From NCBI RefSeq assembly GCF_037042905.1, contig NC_087251.1, positions 42,844,001 to 42,908,000 on the forward strand: a stretch of DNA of 64,000 nucleotides. The letters are read 5' to 3'. This stretch comes from Lytechinus pictus (Eukaryota). The notes beneath the pieces are model-generated. The model was not told the origin of the DNA. It worked only from the letters and a program-made list of their open reading frames with translations, and did not search any database. Both the position numbers and the translations under genes were made by a program. Every line of letters begins with the position of its first letter. Positions within the stretch are counted from its first letter, which is position 1. Positions 1 through 10,213 of the stretch are shown here, in pieces.

Positions 1-319
1 TAATTTTGTTTTCCCATTGCAGACACTTTAAGACTTATTGAATGGTCTTGGATATGTATTTCCCTTCCTAACATGTACGATAAAAAGTTCCAAATAACAA
101 ACTACCCATTTCCTCTCTCATTGCCGTATGCTGTGAAAAGTTACATTTTGAAACTGAAAATTTTCACAAAATTCACAAAAATTGTGCAAGATATCCTTCA
201 ATTTACTATGAAAAAGCGCCCCTTGCCAAACTCAGTAGCTTCGCTCCCTCGCTTTGTTTCTTGGAATTTTTTTAAATCGTTTTGCCACCCCAAGGAAAAA
301 ATGTCTGCATACAGCCATG

Positions 320-1232
320 CCCTCTCTAAATATGCCGACTGCCTGACCAGATGGGTGAAACTAATTGTCATAAATGCTTAGAATAATATAAGATGCATTT
401 TGAGGACCAAAAAGGGAATTTTTTGGGAGGTTACAGGCTTGAAATATCACCAAAAAGTGATGGTTGCTAGGGAAAATGCTGTTGCTAGGCAACACAATGG
501 TTTCCATAGGTAACGGAAAAATCTATGAAGTACTCTATTATTTAGATTAGAACAGATAACATGATACAGCAGGGTATCTAAGAATGATTTATAACAATAT
601 CATAAAATCCATAAAATGATGCCGATATAGTCGTAAATACACACAAACATATTAGTGATATCCGTCACATGCAGGGGTTAATCAAACATGGCAATAATGT
701 AATTTTTCATGATCATTAATGCATTATACATCCTAGTCTTCCTCTTTTATCCCTTTTTCATCAAAATTCACCTTCTTCATTAGTTTTTACAAATAAAAAA
801 CTAAAAAAAATGATAAAATGAATTAATCTGGTCAAAAAATAAGAGAATATTGAAAAATGATTATGGTTGCTAGGGAAAAAATGTTGCTAGGCAACAGTTT
901 TGAAATAAAATGTAGATGAAATATATATCTGGTTGCTAGCCGTTATCATATCATTCAATCTGTAGTGATTTTATCCTCGTAAAGTCTATATTCATATATA
1001 AATTAGTGTAATTAATTAACAAATATAAATGATAAGTTACTGCTTTGCATTTATCACAAAAATGGGCGTGGCCTATTCAAGGCTGGTTTCCATGGTGAAG
1101 CTACATTGTGCGACACTTTTAATTCTCAGTTCTAAAAAATTCAGAAAATTTCCTTCAAAATGATGCATGTTTTTGCTTTGATCCAGTCGGGGGGATTAAA
1201 GTCCCAAATTTTGGCCTCTCGCTGCTCGCCTA
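320..1232. repeat. Unclassified interspersed-repeat-like segment with an internally duplicated GGTTGCTAGGGAAAA...TGTTGCTAGGCAAC block
   Basis: Block occurs at ~461-493 and ~865-896; the segment abuts the LINE 5' junction. Boundaries are approximate. Confidence 0.4.
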
Positions 1233-3486
1233 CATCCTCTTCCGAAAGCTGGCATTGTAACGACAGACATATCCGATCATTTTCTTATTTTTACCCATAT
1301 CCAAACAATACAATCACTCGCAAAAATGGAAAAGAAATATAGGATCTGTCGCAACTTTAGTGATAAAAATATTGAACGCCTTCAAGAAGATTTAAGCTCT
1401 GTTGATTGGTCTGACGTTTATAACTCGAATGTGAATGTCGATGACTCATTTGACATATTTTTGAAATCTTTCAATGACTGCTTAGATTCTTGTGTTCCTT
1501 TAAAGAAATACCGAAATTACGATTATAAACGTGTTCCAAAGCTCCCATGGGTTTCAAAATTGATATTAAGGTCTATAAATCGGAAAAATAATCTGTATGT
1601 TTCTTATATATCAAATCCAAATGATATTTCAAGGAATAGATACACGTCTTATAAAAATACCTTAACAACTACTCTCCGAATAGCAAAAAAGAGGTTTTAT
1701 TCAGAAAAATTAAATTCATATAAAAACGACCTTAAAAATACATGGAAAACAATAAATGGGGCCCTAAACAAAATTAACAAATCTAGTGCTGTTCATAAAT
1801 TATGTGTAGATGGAAATATGGTTGAAGATACTCATTCTATAGCAAATGAATTTAATACATATTTCTCTCAAATTGGACCAAAGTTAGCTGGAAATATTAT
1901 GCCTGTAGAAAATTCGTTTAAGGACTTTATGGATAAACAAAATGAAAGTTCAATATTTCTTACTCCAGTTCATAAAGAAGAATTACTTGAGATTGTATTT
2001 AATTTGAAAGCAGAAAAGACTCCCGGTTATGATTTCAAATAGAGTTGTGAAAAACATTATACATTCTCTTGCTGATCCTCTGCTTCATATATTTAATTTA
2101 TCGTTGCAGCTTGGCCAGGTCCCAAAGAAGATGAAAATAGCTAAAGTTATACCCATTTTCAAGAAGGGAGACCAATTAATTACTAGTAATTACCGCCCAA
2201 TATCTTTGTTAACTTCGTTCTCAAAAATTCTTGAAAGGATAATTTATAAAAGGATAGTTGCTTTCCTTAAGAAATATAGTATTATATGTGATAATCAATT
2301 CGGTTTTAGAGAAAAACATAATACAACTCATGCTATATTGACATTAATAAATAAAATATCTACTTCTTTTGACGATTCTGATCACACCGTAGGGTTATTC
2401 CTCGACTTCTCAAAAGCGTTTGATACAATAGATCATGAAATACTATTATGTAAGCTATCAAATTACGGTATCAGAGGGACAGCTTTACAATGGTTTAGGA
2501 GTTATCTTACTGATAGAATTCAGTTTGTTACAGTAAATGAATCAGAATCTCCAACAAGGCCAGTTTCCTGTGGAATTCCACAAGGTAGTATTCTTGGCCC
2601 TTTGCTATTTGTACTTTATGTTAATGATATGAAAAATTCATCTCATGTTCTCTCATTTATTCTCTTTGCTGATGATTCCAATATTTTCTTTACACATCAT
2701 GATCCACATGTACTTGTGAGCACTATGAATGCAGAATTTAAAAAAGTAACAAACTGGATTAAAGCCAACAAACTGTCATTGAATCTGCAAAAAACTAATT
2801 ATATGCTTTTTAGTCATTCATTGAAACATCTACCGCATCAAATACTTTTAGATAATACTGAAATCAAAGAAGTGCAAACAACAAAATTCTTAGGTCTTAC
2901 TATTGATCACAAGCTTACGTGGAATGCTCATATCAACAATATTTGCAAAACTGTGGCAAGAAATATTGGAGTCATCAATAAGCTTAAAAACGCTCTTCCA
3001 GCACAGGCGCTATCCATGTTGTATTGTGCATTAATTCTACCATATCTTAATTATGGAATTCTGGCATGGGGTAATGCCTCTCAAACGAGACTCAATAAAG
3101 TCTTGCTACTTCAGAAAAAAGTACTGAGAATAATATGCAATATGTCCTTTAGAGCTCATACAGATGAATTGTTTCGTCATAAACGTATCCTTAAAGTCAA
3201 TGACCTGTACCGCTTGCAACTATTCCAATTCATGTATCAGCTAGATAGAAATAGTGTACCTAATGTCCTACAAAAGAAATTTATGAAAAACAATACTTTA
3301 CATTCATATAATACGAGACATTCAAATGACTATCACTTACCCAAAAGTAGAACAGTATTTTCTAGCAAAACTGTATTTTTCACAGGACCAAAACTCTGGA
3401 ATTCTCTGGACAGAGTAATAAAAGAGGCAGATAATCTAAACCGATTTAAATTACTCATCAAAAAATTTATTCTGAATTCTTATTGA
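1233..3486 (+). pseudogene. LINE ORF2 (endonuclease C-terminus plus reverse transcriptase), one frameshift near 2030-2040
   Basis: Two overlapping ORFs (1326-2042 ending ...KTPGYD, 2029-3486 starting ISNRVVK...) join into the usual PG.D.IS linker preceding RT; no other stops seen in about 2.2 kb. Confidence 0.88.
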
Positions 3487-3847
3487 TTCAATCAAATATT
3501 TTGTGAACCTCATACTTACCCACGGTAGTATTGATTATTTTAAAGTCAATATTTAATTTTGTATATAGTGTAAATACATTTGTGTTACAGTGTTTATATA
3601 TAATTTTATAGAATTTTGCTGATTATTTTACTCTACTTATATCATATTACCCTTGTATAAAATGTTGATAGGGGGTCTACATTTTACAAGCTTTGCTTTT
3701 TAGTAGGCCCCTCCACTTTTTTCATTTCATTGCTACGTTTCAATCCTGTGTGTTATGCATTTTTTTCAGTGTTAAAATGATTTATTATAAATGTACTTTG
3801 ATGATTGTGGAATATGAATATATCAATAAATAAATAAATAAATAAAT
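1233..3847 (+). mobile_element. 5'-truncated non-LTR retrotransposon (L2/CR1 group, Crack/Daphne-like) with ORF2 remnant, 3'UTR and (TAAA)n tail
   Basis: From ~1233 the frame reads HPLPKAGIVTTDISDHFLIF (end of an APE endonuclease, SDH motif) and continues into ORF 1326-2042. RT ORF 2029-3486 has NYRPISLL, QFGFR, LDFSKAFD, GIPQGSILGPLLF, FADD and KFLG. 3'UTR stem GGGGTCTAC/GTAGGCCCC at 3672-3711; (TAAA)n tail at 3825-3847. Clade assignment is tentative. Confidence 0.93.
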
Positions 3848-3860
3848 ATTGTTTGAACAG

Positions 3861-4098
3861 ATACCAGACTGGTCCTTCCAGACTGGTGGAGGATTACAGG
3901 GACTCTCCGGGACAGAAGGACGTGTTCACCAACTCACCCCAGCAAACACCGCCTCCTGCCAAACCCAAGAAGAGAGAAGTAGTGGCTATTACAGACCTCC
4001 TAGACCAGCCCAACAGGGAGAAACGTCCGGCCAAGATATGTGTGATCCTGCGTGGTCCTCCGGGGAGTGGCAAAAGTTACATTGCTAAACTCATCAAG
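3861..4098 (+). CDS. YLPM1: YLP motif-containing protein 1 (ZAP3), internal exon with Walker A
   Basis: ttgaacag acceptor; reads ...DLLDQPNREKRPAKICVILRGPPGSGKSYIAKLIK; ends at a non-canonical AAG|GCAAGT donor. Confidence 0.92.
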
Positions 4099-4163
4099 GC
4101 AAGTGGATTTTGGATTAGATAATTGAAATGTCTGTATAAAATGTCCTATAGATATAGTTATTT

Positions 4164-4466
4164 TCATCATCATCATCATCTTCATCATCAACATCATCAT
4201 CGTCACCATCACCATCACAATCATCACCATCATCGTTTCCATCACCATCATCATCATAACCATTACCATCATCATCACCATCATCATCATCACCACCACC
4301 ATCACCATCATCATAACCGTTACCATCATCATCACCATCATCATCATCATCACCATCATCATCATCATAACCGTTACCATCATCACCATCACCACCACCA
4401 TTATCATCATCACCGCCTCCTGCCAAACCTATCATCATCATCATAACCGTCACCATCATCATTATA
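4164..4466 (+). repeat. (CAT/CAC)n imperfect trinucleotide microsatellite, intronic
   Basis: Directly visible; source of the spurious His/Met/Asp-rich ORFs. Confidence 0.97.
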
Positions 4467-4697
4467 GTGACGATGGGAATGATTTAAGTATATTACAGAA
4501 AGGAGTGATGTTTCTAAAGATTTTTCAGTATTGTTTTTTTTTCTTCTTTTTCCCCCCATTTTTAGTTTTGATGTTGACGTAATCATCCATCGTCCTCCTG
4601 ATCACTCTCTTCTCTCTAGAGCCATACCAGATTTTTATGGTGCATTGCCAATTTCCTTTTATTTTATATTTGACAACTGTCTCCTTTTGACTTGCAG

Positions 4698-4817
4698 GAC
4701 AGAGAAATCCACAACCGGGGTCCTAGTCCTCGCATGCTGTGTCTTGATGACTATTTCATGAGTGAGAAGGAGAAGACGGAAAAGGATCCTGAAACTGGCA
4801 AGATTGTGAAGAAACGG
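4698..4817 (+). CDS. YLPM1: YLPM1 exon DREIHNRGPSPRMLCLDDYFMSEKEKTEKDPETGKIVKKR
   Basis: cttgcag acceptor, gtaagt donor, 120 nt, phase 0-0; collinear with recalled human DKEVEFGGPAPRVLSLDDYF...KDPDSGKKVKKK. Confidence 0.96.
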
Positions 4818-5777
4818 GTAAGTCCTGTGCAATATGTCTGCCTTGTCGTGGTGTAGAAGAACATTAGAGTTCTGAAATGTGACATCGTCACTTTTCTGTT
4901 TGTGCATTTCATCATTTTCATGACCATATTTCAGTAGAGCATGATGAAAAACCTCTTAACTCCAAATTTGACATTTGATTAATTCACGATGGCTCAAGAC
5001 ATGGCCATTGAAGTCGGTTTTAATCGGCATGGTTGGATTCAGTCCAGTCAGCACTGATTTCATGTAACCACATCTTGGACCCCATTGACCGATATCCACC
5101 AAATTTGAGTTATGGATGTTCTTCATCATGCTCCCCCGTGATTCAGTATAAAAAAATGCTGAAATGCAAAAAGGTTGTTTGTGACGTTGTCGCTTAAGTA
5201 CCCTATGGTGTTGCATCACTGTGTAGTGTAGGAGTTATACTATTATATTTGCTAAAAATTTGCCATTTCCAGCCATCATTTTAAATCTATTATTATTCAT
5301 TGTCATAGTTAACATTTGAAAACTAAAGAAAAATAAATATAGGCAACCCATGTTTTAAATGTTTGCTATCACATGTTGTGTCTTCCTTTTATGTTTTTTC
5401 ACAATTTTTGATAATCCATGCCTTTCACAGTTTCCCCATTTAGTATCTATTTTAATCATTAATTGCCATTCATGTAAATGTACCTCAAAGTGATTGGAAA
5501 AAGAAGCAAAATTATGTAAAATTTTTGTATTATGAGGTTGGTAAAAAATGAAATTTTTCATAAAGTAATTGTTTTATAAACACTAAAAAAATATATGGAA
5601 CCGAGTGTAAATGAATAAATATTCAGATAAAAACTTTTTCAGATAGTTGGTCAATCTACATGTAGTATGAGGGCACTCAAACAGCAATCCTTTGTATATT
5701 AAATGACATGAAAAGAATGAAAAATTTGTCATATTGTTTTCAACTTCCCCATAAGTTTATTCTGTCATCAGCCTTAA

Positions 5778-7052
5778 AGGGGAAGTTCATGCTGACAAAA
5801 TGTTTATTGTAAAAATAGCAGAAAAAATGATAAAAAAATATTGCCGAAGGTTTGAGAAAAATCCATAGAATAATTAAAAAGTTATGAGAATTTTAATTAT
5901 GTGATTTGTGACGTCATATGCTAGGAGCATTTCGACATATTGTATGGTAAAAAATCAATGAAATGTCATTTTCTCAGAAAATTGAAGATGATTTTTATTG
6001 TGCCATCAGTATATCAATTCACAAATTGTTTCACAACCGATCATGAAGAGAAACAAAAATAAGTCATCAGGAACCATTTTAAAAATAAAATTCATGCATT
6101 TCATATTACAAAAAATATTGGGCAGCTGCTTGTTAATGACATCACAAATCCAAAACTTGAAATTCTAATAACTCTCTTAACCCTAATTCTCCCGGGGGGG
6201 GGGGGGGGGCATTATGGCCCCCCCCCTCAACAATTTTCGCGATATATTTGCTGCGCAAAATTTTTTGACCTCGCCGCTCACTGACTTTTTACTTTCAAGT
6301 CTCGCGCAAATTTTGAGACCAAATTTGTGACGCCCAGGTACGCGGTTACGACATTACGCAACATTATGTAAGTGCATGTCAGACCCAAAATTGCTCATAA
6401 ACGTGATTTCATGTACAAATCCAATGCAAATTGTGTATTTGGCAAAAATTCATAAATGTATCATTATTTCTACTTTTACTGATTAAACTTAATCAATTTT
6501 GCCTTGTTTATGATCAGAATTAAGTCTGGAACGATTTCCATCGAAAAAACAATAAAAAACAAAAAGTAAAAAAACAAGGAAATACATAAGAAATTTAAAA
6601 AACAATAAAATACATAAGAAATCGGTCTTGGTACCAGAATTTTTTTCATTCACAATTGTTAGGAACGCTGTAAAGAATATTTTTACAAAAAAATAGCATT
6701 CTAGGAGCTTTATTTAGTGAATCAGAGCAAAAAGTATGATTTCATGAATAAATTAGCATAATTAATTCATATAAAATAAAAATATATGAATTCAGTGAAA
6801 TTTACCTATGCAACTGCATAGATTACGTCATTCTCTACCATCATGCAAATTTTCGTTGTGATCGCGCAATCCACGGCTGAGATCTTAAGGGGGGGCCATA
6901 ATGGCCCCCCCCCCCCCCCCCCCCCCGGGAATGACAAGAATCAAAATACCCCGGGAGATTGAGGGTTAATCTTTAGTGGATTTTCCTCAAACCTTTTCCA
7001 ATATTTTTCATAATTTTTTATAACAAATTTTTCTTCAGGGTGAACTTCCCCT
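5778..7052. mobile_element. Kolobok-like MITE (host of a nested insertion)
   Basis: TTAA at 5774-5777 and 7053-7056; TIRs AGGGGAAGTTCATGCTGA / TCAGGGTGAACTTCCCCT (16/18); subterminal inverted similarity continues inward. Confidence 0.85.
6181..6965. mobile_element. piggyBac-like MITE nested in the Kolobok-like element
   Basis: TTAA TSD (6177-6180, 6966-6969); CCCT...AGGG ends; TIR CCCTAATTCTCCCGGGG vs CCCCGGGAGATTGAGGG (15/17); subterminal poly-G/poly-C palindromes. Confidence 0.88.
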
Positions 7053-7486
7053 TTAAAGTAGCTAAAGATATGTAGTTGTGACAAACAATAACTTTTTGAG
7101 TCAGTATTTAAAAATCAAGGTTTACTGTCACCATATCATTGTATATCTAGATCTTGTACAGTTACACAAATCTTACCTTGTGGAATCATGAAATGTAAGC
7201 CGAAACATAATCACACTGAAGATCACCGACACAGAAAGGCACAGATGGGACCATGAATTATTGTTGCTTGTGAAGTGACCCAATTTCTGGCTGGAATGCC
7301 TTGCTTGCTTTGCTTATTTCTTGGCAATCGCACATTTTGTACCAGAATCATTTCGCCAATATTTTTAACTCATACATCTAAACATTTGGGTGGTCATTTT
7401 ATTGGATTCTGCTTTAACTCATTTCAAGTTAGTTACCACAACTGGCATTTGTATTTAACAGCCTTTGTATAAACTGACAAATTTAG

Positions 7487-7663
7487 TTTCAGGAATATGA
7501 GTATGAGGACAGCATGGAGGGTATTTACCAGAATAGCCTACTCAAGACGTTCAAGAAGACCATCGAAGACGGATTCTTTGACTTCATCATCGTGGATGCC
7601 GTCAATGATAAAAACTCAAAGATTGAACCATTCTGGAGCTACGCAAAGACAAAAGGATTTGAG
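7487..7663 (+). CDS. YLPM1: YLPM1 exon (FQ)EYEYEDSMEGIYQNSLLKTFKKTIEDGFFDFIIVDAVND...FWSYAKTKGFE
   Basis: Acceptor atttag|7487 or tttcag|7493 (both in frame); GAG|gtaatt donor; matches human EYEYE...KTFKKTLDDGFF...AKTKGFE. Confidence 0.93.
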
Positions 7664-8184
7664 GTAATTGTCTTCTTTTCAGAATGTCAACTTGTATTAT
7701 TGTCATTGTTATGTTACATCTGATAATTGTTTTAATTGACAACTTAATTGGAGTCATAGATTGAAAGACTTGTAAAAATGAACATATATGTTTTTTTGCA
7801 TTGCATTTTTATTATGCATCTTTGCGTGGAAGTCAATCGGTTATTCATTGGTGTTTAATCTGGTTTAGTCCTCGACTATAGGGGTGGTGGGATTCACCTA
7901 GCACTCACAACTTTGATTTCATGATAAAGCCAGTATATCTTTTGTATGATAGGGATGTAAATAAAAAAATACGGCACATTATTTTCTTGATAAACTAGTT
8001 TTATCATTTTTTGTAGGAATGTAAATAAGAGGCTGCACATTATTTCATGACATATCAGTACATCTTTTTTTTTTTGGGGGGGGGAACTTATAGTGCCCAT
8101 TTGCTTTGCACCTTTCCTTTAAGATAGAGTATTTTGTAATTTATCACGAGTGGTATATCCCTCTTACTTTTCTTGCCTATACAG

Positions 8185-8268
8185 GTGTATGTGGCTGAAT
8201 TACTTGTTGAGTTGGGCCTGTGCATACAGCGAGATATCCACAACAGAGGTGAAGCATCAATCAGGAGG
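8185..8268 (+). CDS. YLPM1: YLPM1 exon VYVAELLVELGLCIQRDIHNRGEASIRR
   Basis: tatacag acceptor, gtaagt donor, 84 nt, phase 0-0; matches human VYLAEM...C..RNIH.R. Confidence 0.94.
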
Positions 8269-8305
8269 GTAAGTGTAATATTGAGTCTTGATATCTCGAT
8301 CAATC

Positions 8306-8497
8306 GGTTCCACGACATTTGCTCCAGCGACGATCGCTCCACTGTAAATTCCACACACTAAACGAATGACTCACTTCAATCCTGGAATCAACAATCTACC
8401 CTAAACCTAACAAAGTTCTATTGTAACCCTACCCCAAACCTACATCTTAGATGAAATACAGCCCGGAGCAATTGTCTCAGGAGCAAATGTCGCGTCA
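8306..8497. mobile_element. Small foldback repeat (CGACATTTGCTCC...GGAGCAAATGTCG) with internal ACCCTA-like repeats
   Basis: Subterminal 13-bp inverted repeat; related copy in opposite orientation at ~12535-12735. Confidence 0.6.
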
Positions 8498-9008
8498 ATG
8501 ACCAGTCACCCATGTTGTTGCAGGATGTTCCTGCAGCTAAATGCTGATTTTTTTTCTACGTCTTCTTCATCTACTTTCCATTTAGTCTCACCCAACATGG
8601 TCTAATCCTAGTTTGTTTTCAACCAGATTTCAACTGACCATTTGGTCTTATTACATTCACCCAATTCAAAATTTTCATCTTATCGCCAGTTAGGCGGTAC
8701 CCATTTTGTCTCGTGTCCATTTGGTCTAATGACAGATCTTGAGGGCAACGCTTGGAAAGATGTCCCTAAAGCATATAATTTGTGAATTTTTAGGGGTGAT
8801 TTTCACTACAATGAGGGTAAAAACATGGGATACCCTCATATATTTACTCTGCTGGGGTATATGGATGGCTTCCTGATGGACAGATGCTGCAAGGATGTTT
8901 ATAAATTGATTGTTTCTATTATTCTTTTATTAGAATGCCTTTATCTTTCATGACAATGATTGGATGTAGAAGGCTGACATAGTATCACCCATTGTCTTAT
9001 CATTACAG

Positions 9009-9092
9009 ATCATAGAGCACTGGGAGTTTGCCCCAAGGAAATACATCAAATTGGATGTCGTCGCCCTGTTGCAAGATGCTGCCATTCCAGAG
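9009..9092 (+). CDS. YLPM1: YLPM1 exon IIEHWEFAPRKYIKLDVVALLQDAAIPE
   Basis: cattacag acceptor, gtaaga donor, 84 nt; matches human HWETAPRH...LD...LLQDAAIEE. Confidence 0.95.
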
Positions 9093-9407
9093 GTAAGATA
9101 CCTTTTTTGATGATAGGTCTTGGTCACCAAAAGAGGGGGTTGCAAGAATAAAATGGCACACAATAACGGTGTTGGTATAATACCCAAACACTCACTTTTC
9201 ACAAGTGCTTTCCTGGCACATTCGTCTGTAAAAGAAATGTGCTAGCGGAAATTGAGCCTTGGTATGTCATTATTGATGTACCTTATTTGCACACTCTCGT
9301 TTTGATGGTCATATGGAAGGAATAAGTGAGTCAGCAGTCTATATAAATTGTTTGACTTGTTTGACGGTATGGGACTCTGATAGTAATGTACTGTGGAAAA
9401 GGATCAT

Positions 9408-9752
9408 TGATGATGTTTATGATGATGGTGATGATGATGATGGTGATGATGATGATGATGGCGATGATGATGATGACAATGGCGATGATGATGATGGCGG
9501 CGATGCTGTTGGTGATGATGGTGATTGTGGTGATGATGGAGGTGATGGTGGTGGTGGTGGTGGTGGTGATGATGCTGATGATGATGATGATGATGATGCT
9601 GATGATGATAATGATGATGACGATGGCGATGATGATGATGATGGCGGCGATGCTGTTGGTGATGATGGTGATTGTGGTGATGATGGAGGTGATGGTGGTG
9701 GTTTTGGTGGTGGTGGTGGTGGTGATTATGATGATGATGCTGATGATGATGC

Positions 9753-9784
<32 letters not shown>

Positions 9785-10075
9785 GTGGTGATGGTGATGA
9801 TGAAGGTGATGGTGGTGGTGGTGGTGATGATGATGATTATGATGATGGCGATGCTGTTGGTGATGATGGTGATGATGGAGGTGATGGTGTTGGTGGTGAT
9901 TATGATGATGATGATAATGATGGTTATGATGATGATGATGATTATGACGGCAACAACGATGGTGGTGTGGTGATGTGTATGATGATGATGGCAATCTGGT
10001 GTTGGTGGTTATGGTGATGATTCTGATGATGATGATGATGATGACCACAATGATGATAATAGTAGTGATGGTGAT
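9408..10075 (+). repeat. (GAT/GGT)n compound microsatellite with higher-order internal duplication, intronic
   Basis: Directly visible; GGCGATGCTGTTGGTGATGATGGTGAT recurs near 9498, 9646 and 9847. Confidence 0.97.
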
Positions 10076-10111
10076 CTAATCTAACTATAAACACTCCACT
10101 GTTTTTTGCAG

Positions 10112-10213
10112 GTTGAGATGGAAGAGGAGGAAGAGCAGGACACCGGGCTTTCCATGGAGGAACTGATGAATCAACAGCATGAAGCAATGGAAGAATTTGA
10201 GGACCAGGAAGAG
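10112..10213 (+). CDS. YLPM1: YLPM1 acidic exon VEMEEEEEQDTGLSMEELMNQQHEAMEEFEDQEE
   Basis: ttttttgcag acceptor, gtaagt donor, 102 nt; continues DAAIPE|VEME as in human DAAIEEVEME. Confidence 0.93.

Noticed and set aside
1..60. Strong-looking acceptor ttttcccattgcag at 22
   Set aside because: No open, phase-compatible exon with a credible donor follows.
4000..4462. His-, Met/Val- and Asp/Gly-rich ORFs
   Set aside because: Translations of an intronic (CAT)n microsatellite; flanking YLPM1 exons join in frame without it.
9313..10048. 234-aa Asp/Gly-rich ORF suggestive of an acidic biomineralisation protein, plus overlapping His/Met ORFs
   Set aside because: (GAT/GGT)n tract open in several frames on both strands, no signal peptide, inside a YLPM1 intron.
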